DNA from: an uncultured Methanosarcinales archaeon
Lineage (GTDB): Archaea; Nanobdellota; Nanobdellia; Woesearchaeales; GW2011-AR9
Direction of reading: 5' to 3'
NCBI GenBank assembly: GCA_964344235.1
Contig: CAYFMJ010000001.1
Location: forward strand, 256,001 to 320,000
Length of the DNA stretch: 64,000 nt
The notes beneath the pieces are model-generated. The model saw nothing but the letters and a program-made list of their open reading frames with translations, was not told the origin of the DNA and ran no database searches. A program made the translations under genes and the position numbers. Shown here one piece after another: positions 18,959 through 27,897 of the stretch (position 1 is the stretch's first letter; each line of letters opens with the position of its first letter).

Positions 18959-19870
18959 TCACCATTCATCATCTTCATGTCGTGTGTAGACCGTACAGCC
19001 GTCTTTTGTTACAATCATAGAATGTTCAAATTGCGCTACCATCCCGCCAGACACTTCTACCAATGGAGGGTATTCTTTCACAATACCAGAGCGGATGAGC
19101 TCTCGTAAACCAAGTGCAGTTGTTCCTTTACCAAATTTGCGGGTAAGCCAGCGGGTGGTGAATGGTAGACCATTCAGTGGTTTTACGAAGTCAAGAATTT
19201 TACGTGCATGAGGGGAACGAACACCTTTCTCTTTCTCTACCATAAAGATGGTTGCTTTCCCCTGCTCTTTAATCATCCCCTGGCCGTCTGTGACGAATGG
19301 TTCAATGGCAATTTGCCAGTTTTCTTGAAGCGTTGTTTGATTTTTGCTGTCAAATGATGGAATGGAAACGCCAGCATGCACAATATATGGTTCGATTGTA
19401 TGGCCAGATAGGTTTTTTACAGTTGTTAGGTTATGATTTTCTGCTTCTGTGATTTGGGCTTTGCCTAATTCTGTTATTTTAACCCCCGCTTGTACTTTTT
19501 CAATTGCTGCTTTCAACGCGTTTTGTGATGCTTTGATTAAATCAGCATGTTTGTTAGTGTTACCAACTTCAACCGTCATTGCATTATCTGCGATGTAGCC
19601 ATCAATGTGGACTCCAATGTCTATCTTTACGAGGTCGCCTTCTTTAAGCGTAGTAGTGTCATCCTCTTCAGGGCAGAAGTGGGCAGCGGTATCGTTGATG
19701 GCCATTTGAGCCCAGGCTATTTGGCCGCCTAGTTCGATGATGCGGTTTTCGCAGAAATCCATGACTTCTAAACAGCTAGCTCCTGGAATGAACTTAGCGG
19801 CGCCTTCTCTTCGTACCTGTGCAGCTACTTTTCCCGCTTTAAGGATTTTGTTAAGCGTTTCTTGGTTCAT
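18959..19870 (-). CDS. map: Methionine aminopeptidase type II
   Basis: AAHF, DIGVHIDGYIAD, GH, EPF and QFEH metal ligands plus the archaeal-type insertion. Confidence 0.95.
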   Translation of the reverse strand: MNQETLNKILKAGKVAAQVRREGAAKFIPGASCLEVMDFCENRIIELGGQIAWAQMAINDTAAHFCPEEDDTTTLKEGDLVKIDIGVHIDGYIADNAMTVEVGNTNKHADLIKASQNALKAAIEKVQAGVKITELGKAQITEAENHNLTTVKNLSGHTIEPYIVHAGVSIPSFDSKNQTTLQENWQIAIEPFVTDGQGMIKEQGKATIFMVEKEKGVRSPHARKILDFVKPLNGLPFTTRWLTRKFGKGTTALGLRELIRSGIVKEYPPLVEVSGGMVAQFEHSMIVTKDGCTVYTRHEDDEW

Positions 19871-19905
19871 TAATGAGTAGAATTGAGTCGGAATTATAAA
19901 AGTGT

Positions 19906-20688
19906 TTATGGAAAGAGGTGATGATATAGTTGTTGTGCTTTTACATACATGTCTCTAGGATTATCTACGGCAATAAAGTCAACTACGGGAATAACGGAAG
20001 AGTCATTACCTTCTGGGTCGTCTCCGAAATAGACGATTCCATCAAGGCTAGTATGTAATTGTTCGCTGAGGTATTTCGCAGCGGTTCCTTTGTCGTGAGG
20101 AGTTATGTCAATAGTAGAGGAGCCACCGGGTTCGATATTGCCCCTAAGGCTTTGTGTTGCGAATCTCTGCTGCAATTGGGTGGACCATGCTCGCCTTCTT
20201 GCTTTCTCTGGGTCAAATTGATTTTTTAGATCTCTCGGAGCATTATGGCCAAGAAAGGCTACTTGAAAACCATAACCGTTTGTGATTTGTTGCCCGTAGG
20301 CTGACTCCTCCGAAAAGCCGTTCTCGTCAAGAAATGAACGTGCTACTTGTTGTATGTATCTTCTTTCTTCTGCAGTGAACCCTGCGTCATATATTGGTTC
20401 TAGTCCGTCGGGACCATATGCAATGCACACTGCCCCATTGTTTGGGAGAATATAGTGGAAAATTGGGGGGGTTGCGGCAAGAAGTGGTTCGGTCACTGTT
20501 GCTTGGAGGTAGCGTGTGTTTCTACCGCTAATGAATGCGAATGGAACGTCGTGGTTTGAGAATTTTCTGATAAGTTCTATTACTTCTGGAGAGAGTGGGT
20601 GGTCTCGCTCAGCAGCACAGTGGTCGACGTCAGTTAATATGATTTGTTTTGGAGTTCTAACGTCTTCTACTCGCTCTACACGTGCCAT
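19906..20688 (-). CDS. HAD-superfamily IIB hydrolase (phosphomannomutase-like)
   Basis: TDVDH motif I, SGR motif II, DKG and GDD..GND motif IV. Start moved to ATG 20688 because the track's extension overlaps the 5S rRNA. Confidence 0.8.
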   Translation of the reverse strand: MARVERVEDVRTPKQIILTDVDHCAAERDHPLSPEVIELIRKFSNHDVPFAFISGRNTRYLQATVTEPLLAATPPIFHYILPNNGAVCIAYGPDGLEPIYDAGFTAEERRYIQQVARSFLDENGFSEESAYGQQITNGYGFQVAFLGHNAPRDLKNQFDPEKARRRAWSTQLQQRFATQSLRGNIEPGGSSTIDITPHDKGTAAKYLSEQLHTSLDGIVYFGDDPEGNDSSVIPVVDFIAVDNPRDMYVKAQQLYHHLFP

Positions 20689-20743
20689 CTTCTCTTTTTG
20701 GGTTGTTGTTCTCTTAAACAGAATTAAAGAAATAACCATAATC

Positions 20744-20751
20744 TTTATAAA
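20744..20751 (+). promoter_or_regulatory. TATA box for 5S rRNA
   Basis: AATC-TTTATAAA ~21 nt upstream of the 5S 5' end. Confidence 0.6.
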
Positions 20752-20772
20752 TAGATGCGGGGGTGAATGTGA

Positions 20773-20883
20773 TGGACGGCCAGAGGGATGGAAATCACCT
20801 AGACTCGTTTCGAACCTAGAAGTTAAGGCCATTTCCGTGTTGGAGTGTACTGCATTTTGTGGGAAATCCGACAAGCTGTCCCC
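20773..20883 (+). rRNA. rrf: 5S ribosomal RNA, stand-alone
   Basis: Helix I GGACGGC/GCTGTCC, loop C TTTCGAAC, conserved GAAGTTAAG, loop E GTACT...GGGAAA; followed by a TTATTTTTT terminator. Confidence 0.88.
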
Positions 20884-21572
20884 TTATTTTTTAGTGAGAT
20901 GCTTGCTAATTTCTTCTTTAGTTCTCTGAACTGGTCTTCATTTCGCGCTGTTGCGGCATAACTTTCAATAATTAAGTTAGTAACTCTCTTTTTTCTTGGG
21001 TGTTTAAATCCAATTTTCTCCCTAAAAGCAATGAAATTCTCCTTTCCAGTTATAGATAATAGAAAGCTCTGGTCCCTTTTGCTTGATCTATGGTTTCTTA
21101 TTATTTTGTTTGACCTTATCCCCAAATTGAGTAGAACCTGCTTGACTTGAGATAGGATTTTATAGGAATTGGAGGAAAGAGTAATGTTCCTTTTCCATTC
21201 GTTAGTTTTTCTATTTAGTCTTAGGGCGGCACATCCCTCATCATCATAAAAAGTACGAAGAAACTCTCTTAACATTCTGTCCGATTCTAAGAACGCTTTA
21301 GGGATACTGATGTTGTGGCTGTTGTAACTTTGTAGATACTTTTTCAAGTGATTGACTATATGCTTGCCGTATACTGCCACATATGGTGTTCCACTGTTCA
21401 TTTTGCCTCCGGACATTCCAGGATTACCAAATTGATTTTTTATATCCAACTTAAACTCTTCAATCAGTGTAGGGCAAGTGTTGAAATACATGATTTGTCG
21501 GTCTGATAAATGGCCATCCCCGCAAATTCTCGCGACAATTCTTACTAGTTGCATCTCTTTCATCCGTAACAT
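20823..21572 (-). CDS. Free-standing two-motif LAGLIDADG endonuclease family protein
   Basis: IVARICGDG and FLRTFYDDEG motifs, L..LGI.S, and C-terminal IGF.HPRK. The start may be ATG 21563. Confidence 0.85.
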   Translation of the reverse strand: MLRMKEMQLVRIVARICGDGHLSDRQIMYFNTCPTLIEEFKLDIKNQFGNPGMSGGKMNSGTPYVAVYGKHIVNHLKKYLQSYNSHNISIPKAFLESDRMLREFLRTFYDDEGCAALRLNRKTNEWKRNITLSSNSYKILSQVKQVLLNLGIRSNKIIRNHRSSKRDQSFLLSITGKENFIAFREKIGFKHPRKKRVTNLIIESYAATARNEDQFRELKKKLASISLKNKGTACRISHKMQYTPTRKWP

Positions 21573-21586
21573 TTGGGGGTATACTT

Positions 21587-21625
21587 GATTTATATTTTCT
21601 ACCTATGGTTGTCCAGTGGCTAGTG
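21587..21625 (-). promoter_or_regulatory. Conserved LAGLIDADG upstream module, copy 2
   Basis: The reverse complement reads CACTAGCCACTGGACAA-N14-TATAAATC, identical to 13729-13767. Confidence 0.8.
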
Positions 21626-21692
21626 CCTTGGGCTAATTATTATCTATCTTCCATAAGCCTTTTAAACGATTCTTGGGCTATTTTGTGTATAG

Positions 21693-22433
21693 ATGAAAGC
21701 AATTATTCTTGCAGGTGGCTATGGTACGAGGTTAGGTGAAATCACTAAAGAGAAAGCAAAACAGCTGCTGAAAGTAGGGGACAAATTTCTTATTGATTAT
21801 GTTGTAGAGAAAGTTCTTGCATTACCTGAAGTGAGTGATGTGTTTATTGTGACAAATGCCAAATTCTATGTTGATTTTTATGAATGGTTTCATGGTAAAC
21901 AGCTTGACAAAGTGAAAGTACTTAATGATGGGACGTGGACGAAAGAGGAACGGCTAGGTTCAGTTGGGGATTTGCAGTTTGTTATTGACAAAGAAACAAT
22001 TGATGATGATTTGTTAGTTGTTGGTGGAGATAATTTGTTTGAGGACAATCTAGATACGTTTCTGGAATTCTTTAAGAGGAAAGGTTCAGCAATTATGGTA
22101 CATGATGTGCAATCGCTTGAAACGGCGAAGCAGTTAGGGGTTGTTGAAGTTGGTGAAGGAGATAAAATTATTTCTTTTGTTGAGAAGCCAGAGCATCCTG
22201 CATCGACGTTAGCTTCAACATTGATTTATGGTATTAGGAAAGAGCACTTACCGTTGATTAAAGAAGCTATTGCGGCAGGATTTCATGATCGAGCAGGAGA
22301 TTTCATTAAGTTTCTTTCTGAGAGAGAACCGATGTTTGCGTTGCCTCTTTCAGGAAGATGGTTTGATATTGGAACTGTTGAACAATTAGAGTTAGCTAAT
22401 ACTGTGTACGGGGAGAGGAACAATGAACATTAG
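21693..22433 (+). CDS. Sugar-phosphate nucleotidyltransferase
   Basis: AIILAGGYGTRL, GGDNL, FVEKP and WFDIGT motifs. Confidence 0.9.
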   Translation: MKAIILAGGYGTRLGEITKEKAKQLLKVGDKFLIDYVVEKVLALPEVSDVFIVTNAKFYVDFYEWFHGKQLDKVKVLNDGTWTKEERLGSVGDLQFVIDKETIDDDLLVVGGDNLFEDNLDTFLEFFKRKGSAIMVHDVQSLETAKQLGVVEVGEGDKIISFVEKPEHPASTLASTLIYGIRKEHLPLIKEAIAAGFHDRAGDFIKFLSEREPMFALPLSGRWFDIGTVEQLELANTVYGERNNEH

Positions 22434-23724
22434 TGTATTTGGGGCAGGATATGTTGGTTTGGTCACGGGAGCGTGTTTAGCTAACCTCGGCCATACTGTT
22501 TTGTGTGTGGATATTGACGCAGCAAAAATTGCAATGGTGCAACGAGGAGAAATTCCATTTTATGAGCCTGGCTTGAAAGAATTAGTTGCAGCAAATACTG
22601 AAAGGGGCAGGTTGGCATTTACGACGGATGTTGAGGAGGGGGTGCAGTTTGGAGACGTAGTGTTTAATTGTGTTGGAACACCAAGTGGAGAAGATGGTAA
22701 AGCTGATCTGCAGTACGTGTTTTCTGTGGCGGAAAGTGTTGGAAGATTTGCAGTAGGTAAAAAGTTTCTTGTGAACAAAAGTACTGTGCCACCAGGTACT
22801 GCAGCGAAGTGTATGGAAAAAATAAAAACTGTTAATGCTAGGTCGGAGGTTAAGGTTGTTTCGAACCCAGAGTTTTTGGCTGAGGGGAAAGCGGTGCATG
22901 ACTTTAAACACCCCGATAAAATTGTTGTTGGTGCTCGTGATAGGGGTGCGTATGCAGTGATGCGGCGTGTCTATACTGGGCGAGTTCGGACATATATCCC
23001 CTTCCTAGAAACTGATTGGGAGACGGCAGAGATGATTAAGTATGCTAACAACTCTTTTCTGGCAACGAAGATCAGTTTCATTAATGAAATTGCTGGCATT
23101 TGTGACGTTGTGGGAGCAGATGTCAAGTTAGTAGCGCAAGCAATGGGTTTGGATTATCGAATTAGTCCGAAGTTTTTGAATGCCGGTGTTGGCTATGGGG
23201 GGAGTTGTTTCCCAAAGGATGTTCGAGCGTTGATTGCTCGTGCTGCAGAGGAAGGGTTTAATGCAGATTTGTTGAAAGTAGTTGATTCTCGGAATAGCTC
23301 GCAGAAGAAAGTGTTGTTTGGGAAAGTGGTCGAGCGGTTTAATGAGTTGTCAGGCAAAACGTTTAGCGTGTGGGGTTTATCATTTAAACCAAAAACAAGT
23401 GATATTAGAGAAGCCGTGTCTCTTGTGTTAATTGAGAAGTTACTAGGTGTGGGAGCTATAGTGAAAGTGTATGATCCTATTGCTATGGATGAAGTAAAGA
23501 AAGTGTTTGGTGAGCGGATTAGGTATTGCGATTCGTTGCAGGATTCAGTTGTAGGGAGTTCGGGTATTTTGTTGGTTACAGAGTGGGATGAGTTTCGAAG
23601 TGTTAATTTTACTGAACTTAGTAATTTAATGGCTGAGAAAGTGCTATTTGATGGTAGAAATATTTATGAGCCTGCGCTTATCCACGAAGAAGGTTTTGAA
23701 TATTTCGGAGTAGGGAGAAAGTGA
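22423..23724 (+). CDS. ugd: UDP-glucose/GDP-mannose family 6-dehydrogenase
   Basis: GAGYVG, CVGTP, KSTVPPG, NPEFLAEG, GGSCFPKD and FKPKTSDIRE motifs. Confidence 0.92.
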   Translation: MNISVFGAGYVGLVTGACLANLGHTVLCVDIDAAKIAMVQRGEIPFYEPGLKELVAANTERGRLAFTTDVEEGVQFGDVVFNCVGTPSGEDGKADLQYVFSVAESVGRFAVGKKFLVNKSTVPPGTAAKCMEKIKTVNARSEVKVVSNPEFLAEGKAVHDFKHPDKIVVGARDRGAYAVMRRVYTGRVRTYIPFLETDWETAEMIKYANNSFLATKISFINEIAGICDVVGADVKLVAQAMGLDYRISPKFLNAGVGYGGSCFPKDVRALIARAAEEGFNADLLKVVDSRNSSQKKVLFGKVVERFNELSGKTFSVWGLSFKPKTSDIREAVSLVLIEKLLGVGAIVKVYDPIAMDEVKKVFGERIRYCDSLQDSVVGSSGILLVTEWDEFRSVNFTELSNLMAEKVLFDGRNIYEPALIHEEGFEYFGVGRK

Positions 23725-24809
23725 AGGTTCTTATCACGGGAGGAGCGGGATTTATTGGAAGTCATCTAGCAAGGGCATTGTTGTGGCAGGGCTATGACGT
23801 CGTTGCGGTTGATAATTTTAACTTTTATTATCCTAGAAAATGTAAAGAGTTTAATGTTGATTTAATACGACTAGCGGCGGGGAATGAGCCGCAGTGGTTT
23901 TCTCGGGATGATTTGAGAGATCCGTTTGCTCTTCTGAAACAGTATTTTGAAAAAGGTTTTGGGAGTGTTGTGAGCTCTGTTGGGACATTTGTGTTTTATG
24001 AAATGGATTTTGCTGATAATGATGCATTGGCTGGTGTTTTTGGGAAACATTCGTTTGATGCAATTGTTCATTTAGGGGCAATGGGCGGGGTGCCGTATTC
24101 AACAAAAGACCCACGATTGTACACAGAGGTGAATGTAGTGGGGACTGTTAACTTGTTGACCCTTGCGAAAGATCAGGGTGTAGCGAAGTTTTTATTTGCA
24201 TCATCTTCATCAGTCTATGGAAATAGGGAAAAAGAAAAAGTGTTGGAAACTGATGATGTAACAAATGCGATGTCGGTATATGGAGCAAGTAAAGTTGCAG
24301 GGGAAGTGTTATGTCATGCATTTCACCAGATCTATGGTTTAAAGGTAGGAGTAATACGAATATTTGGACCCGTTTATGGTCCATTGCAGAGGCCGTATGG
24401 CATGCTGCATCAAAGGGCAATTAATTATGTATTTAATGAAAAGCGGTTGTCCATCTACGGGAGGAATGGTTTAGAGACTGCAAAAGATTCAACGTATATT
24501 GATGATGAAGTGCGGGGATTTCTACAGTGTTTACAGTCAGATTTCGATTTTGAAATCTTTAATTTAGGGACGAGTCACCCTTTACCGATTCGAGTTTGGT
24601 TTGATGCAATTACTAAGGCGTCAGGAAAAGAAGTGTTATATGACGTTGTTGAAGTGGACAAAGCAGATGTTATCTCAAGTGCTGATATTGGTAAAGCTCG
24701 TGAGATATTGGGTTATGAACCACAAGTGAGCATGGAAGAAGGTGTTCGCAGACAGGTAGAAGTGTTTAAAACAATGCCGTTATGGTATCAACAGATGGAG
24801 AAAGTGTAG
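23721..24809 (+). CDS. NAD-dependent epimerase (UDP-glucuronate 4-epimerase-like)
   Basis: TGGAGFIG, ASSSSVYG and YGASK (extended SDR). Confidence 0.88.
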   Translation: MKVLITGGAGFIGSHLARALLWQGYDVVAVDNFNFYYPRKCKEFNVDLIRLAAGNEPQWFSRDDLRDPFALLKQYFEKGFGSVVSSVGTFVFYEMDFADNDALAGVFGKHSFDAIVHLGAMGGVPYSTKDPRLYTEVNVVGTVNLLTLAKDQGVAKFLFASSSSVYGNREKEKVLETDDVTNAMSVYGASKVAGEVLCHAFHQIYGLKVGVIRIFGPVYGPLQRPYGMLHQRAINYVFNEKRLSIYGRNGLETAKDSTYIDDEVRGFLQCLQSDFDFEIFNLGTSHPLPIRVWFDAITKASGKEVLYDVVEVDKADVISSADIGKAREILGYEPQVSMEEGVRRQVEVFKTMPLWYQQMEKV

Positions 24810-24814
24810 ATATT

Positions 24815-26095
24815 ATGGAAGCTGAAGGGAAGAAAAAAGTATGCATTGTAGGGTTAGGATACGTTGGTTTACCTCTAGCTAGTTTAAGTTCACGATATTT
24901 CTCAGTTACAGGATTTGATATTAATACCGATAAAGTTACAATGATTCAGCAGGGAAAATGTCCGATTGATGACACGTATACAAAAACGGTCTTTGAAGGG
25001 GGAAGTTTTGTTGCAACAACTTCTCCCGAAGTAATTAAAGATGCAGAGATTATTGTTGTGTGTGTGCCGACCCCTGTTGATGAGAAACATCATCCTGATT
25101 TAAGTCCATTGGAATCAGCAATGGGAATGGTTGCTGAACATTTGTGTAGAGGGCAGTTAGTGATTGTTGAATCCACTATTTACCCTGGCACGATGGAGGA
25201 AGTTGTTATCCCTATTTTGGAGGGTTCTAGGTTGCAGGCAGGCAGAGACTTTGGCGTTGCATATTGTGCAGAGAGAATTGATCCTGGAAATGAAAAGTGG
25301 GTGTTGGGGAATATTACAAGAGTATTGGCAGGCTTGACGACGGAGGATGCAGAGCGGGCTAAACAATTTTATCAAACGTTTATTGATGCCGAGGTAAAAG
25401 TTTTGGGTGCGTTAAAATCAGCAGAAGCTGTGAAGATCTTAGAGAACACGTTCCGTGATGTTAATATCGCGTTCATCAATGAGATGGCGAAGAGTTTTGA
25501 TGAATTAGGAATTAATTTGTTAGAAGTAATTGAAGGAGCGGCTACAAAACCATTTGGGTTTATGCCTTTTTACCCTGGTCCGGGAGTGGGAGGACATTGT
25601 ATCCCTGTTGATCCGTATTATTTAATTGAGAGGGCAAAGCAGAAAGGGTTTGATCATGAATTTTTGAACTTAGCACGTCGGATTAATCTTTCTATGCCAA
25701 ACTACGTTGTTCAAGTGTTACAGGAGGCATTGAATGAAATGGGGTTAGCGTTGTCTAATGCCCGCATTGGTGTTTTGGGGCTAGCATATAAGAAAGGAAT
25801 TGATGATGTGAGGGAAAGCCCCGCAGTGAAAATTGTGGAACGGTTGAAGTGTAAGAAAGCATCTATTGAGGTGTTTGATCCATACTTGCTTGGACAATCA
25901 ACGGTAGATAATGCGGTTGAATTATTTGGGAAAGTGGATGTTGTTCTTTTGCTGACAAACCATGATGAATTTAATGACTGTGAAGAAAAATTAATTTCTG
26001 CGGGGATTAAAGTGGTCGTTGATACGCGCAACCTTTTGAATCCTCAAACACTGAAACGTGCAGGAGTTGTCTACAGAGGGATTGGTAGAAATTAA
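24815..26095 (+). CDS. Nucleotide-sugar dehydrogenase (UDP-GlcNAc/ManNAc 6-dehydrogenase, WbpA/WecC-like)
   Basis: GLGYVG, VPTP, ESTIYPG, ENTFRDVNIA, GGHCIPVDP and DDVRESP motifs. Confidence 0.9.
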   Translation: MEAEGKKKVCIVGLGYVGLPLASLSSRYFSVTGFDINTDKVTMIQQGKCPIDDTYTKTVFEGGSFVATTSPEVIKDAEIIVVCVPTPVDEKHHPDLSPLESAMGMVAEHLCRGQLVIVESTIYPGTMEEVVIPILEGSRLQAGRDFGVAYCAERIDPGNEKWVLGNITRVLAGLTTEDAERAKQFYQTFIDAEVKVLGALKSAEAVKILENTFRDVNIAFINEMAKSFDELGINLLEVIEGAATKPFGFMPFYPGPGVGGHCIPVDPYYLIERAKQKGFDHEFLNLARRINLSMPNYVVQVLQEALNEMGLALSNARIGVLGLAYKKGIDDVRESPAVKIVERLKCKKASIEVFDPYLLGQSTVDNAVELFGKVDVVLLLTNHDEFNDCEEKLISAGIKVVVDTRNLLNPQTLKRAGVVYRGIGRN

Positions 26096-27897
26096 TCTTT
26101 GTAGTATAAAATATCGCTCGGATCGTGTCTGTATAATCTTTCCCCTAACCGTTTCTGATCAAAGATGTGGCCAATAATACCAATACTTCGCGCTAATGCA
26201 AAAAGGCCGTTCATATAACCAATAGAAATGATTTGCTCGATCTCTTCTTCTGAGAATGCTTGTGAAGACGTGAGTGCGTCGAGGAATACTGCGGCCATAC
26301 ACCCGTCGACGTTTAGAATTAAGTTTTCTGTTTTTTGCAATGTTAGTTGTTCCACTTGTAATGTGTAGGTAAGGTGTGGGGTTTGCGGAATGTTTTCTTT
26401 TGCAAAAGTCGTGAGGATTGCAACTCTTTTGTCAGGGTTCTTTTTTGATTTTGTTCTGTGACCAATACCAGGAATAGGTATGTTTTGCTGTTTCATCTCT
26501 TGGATGAATTGTTGTGGAGAGGTTTGAGCGTCAACAGCTTGTTTGAAGTAACGGCAGGCGGCGTCAGTTGCACCGCCAAAGCGTGGACCGATGGTTAGTA
26601 GTCCCGAACAGAGGGAAGATATAACATCTTTACCAGCTCGTGAAGCAACGATGGCGTTGTGAGCTCCAGATACGGCAGGACCATGGTCTGCAGTGAGTTT
26701 TATGCAAAGATCGAGAAACTGTGTGAAATATTCAGGAAGTTCTTTTTTGAACCAGAGGTGGCCAATAATGTTGCCAATAGACGCATTTTGCTCAACTAAT
26801 TGGGAGAGAGGAACATTGTTGTAGGTTGGCTCTTCTCCCCTGTCATCAGAGATTGTTGAAGTGATATGCGTGGGTTTTCTTTCTGGAATACTTATGGCTT
26901 CTACTGAGTTCGGTTGGTTCATGTCAAGCTCAGACTGCTGTATTTTTTTAAACGTTTCTTGAATGGTTGTTTCGAATGTTTCGAATGATTCCGGGACGAT
27001 AATGCCTGCTTCTCTGAGAGCGTTATTTTTTGCTTCTGCACTTTCTTTCTCATCTCCTGCTTTCGCGCCAGCATGACCAAACTGCACCTGCCAGGGGAAT
27101 AACGAGGCAGAGGTTCCAGAGACCCACATGACGAGTGGTTTAGTTATTTTTCCCTGCCGCTTAGCTTCTGCGATTTCATACTCAGCAGTACCGCCGATCT
27201 CTCCGAGTGCTATGATAAGTTTAATGTTGGGATTGGCTTCGTAGCGGAGGATATGTTGAAGAAGCGTTGACCCGGGAAATTGGTCACCACCAATAGCAAC
27301 ACCTTCGTAAATTCCATCCGTTGCCCGAGAGATTATGTTGAAGAATTCATTCATCATGCCAGCAGAACGTGAAATTAGGCCAACACTTCCCGGTTTGTAC
27401 AGATTAGCTCTAAGAATATTCTCGTTCATTCCACCAGCGTGTCCTATTCTGAATTGACCTGCGACAATCCCTCCAACTGTTGCGGGGCCGATAATTGTTT
27501 TGCTATGTTGACTTGCAAGTGCAATCAGCTCTTTACTTTGCCTTTCAGGAATGCCTTCAGCGACAATTGTTATTGTTTGAATTGTTGGCACGAGAATTGC
27601 TTCCTTTGATGACTGGAATGAAGACCTGAATGAAGCGAAGTTAATGAATGATGTTGTGTTGGGGTGTTTTGTTGCGGCAGTTGTTATTGAAGAGTAAACG
27701 GGGATGAGGATCTCTTTCTCACCAAAGAATGCTTTGTGATGACCAGTTCTTCCAGGATGAATAATTGCAGAGATGCTTGGGGTTTCTCGTTGTGACAGAT
27801 AATCAAAATCTAACATTCGCTGAATTGGCTTCGCTTTGAGGTTGTAGAAAAATGTGGTTGTTGTTCTATTGAATAATTCATATGGTTGTAACGTCAT
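26092..27897 (-). CDS. aclA: ATP-citrate lyase alpha subunit
   Basis: NFASFRS, IGPATVGG, phospho-His GHAGA, DHGPAVSGAHN and IPGIGHR (citrate-synthase-like C-terminus). Confidence 0.93.
   Translation of the reverse strand: MTLQPYELFNRTTTTFFYNLKAKPIQRMLDFDYLSQRETPSISAIIHPGRTGHHKAFFGEKEILIPVYSSITTAATKHPNTTSFINFASFRSSFQSSKEAILVPTIQTITIVAEGIPERQSKELIALASQHSKTIIGPATVGGIVAGQFRIGHAGGMNENILRANLYKPGSVGLISRSAGMMNEFFNIISRATDGIYEGVAIGGDQFPGSTLLQHILRYEANPNIKLIIALGEIGGTAEYEIAEAKRQGKITKPLVMWVSGTSASLFPWQVQFGHAGAKAGDEKESAEAKNNALREAGIIVPESFETFETTIQETFKKIQQSELDMNQPNSVEAISIPERKPTHITSTISDDRGEEPTYNNVPLSQLVEQNASIGNIIGHLWFKKELPEYFTQFLDLCIKLTADHGPAVSGAHNAIVASRAGKDVISSLCSGLLTIGPRFGGATDAACRYFKQAVDAQTSPQQFIQEMKQQNIPIPGIGHRTKSKKNPDKRVAILTTFAKENIPQTPHLTYTLQVEQLTLQKTENLILNVDGCMAAVFLDALTSSQAFSEEEIEQIISIGYMNGLFALARSIGIIGHIFDQKRLGERLYRHDPSDILYYKD

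Noticed and set aside
20689-20874. N-terminal extension of the HAD ORF in the track (start 20874)
   Set aside because: It overlaps the 5S rRNA gene antisense; ATG 20688 sits just before HAD motif I.
13812-21572. LAGLIDADG ORFs as inteins or intron-encoded endonucleases
   Set aside because: No intein N-terminal C/S or C-terminal HN motifs and no host exons; they lie beside the RNA genes, not within their introns.
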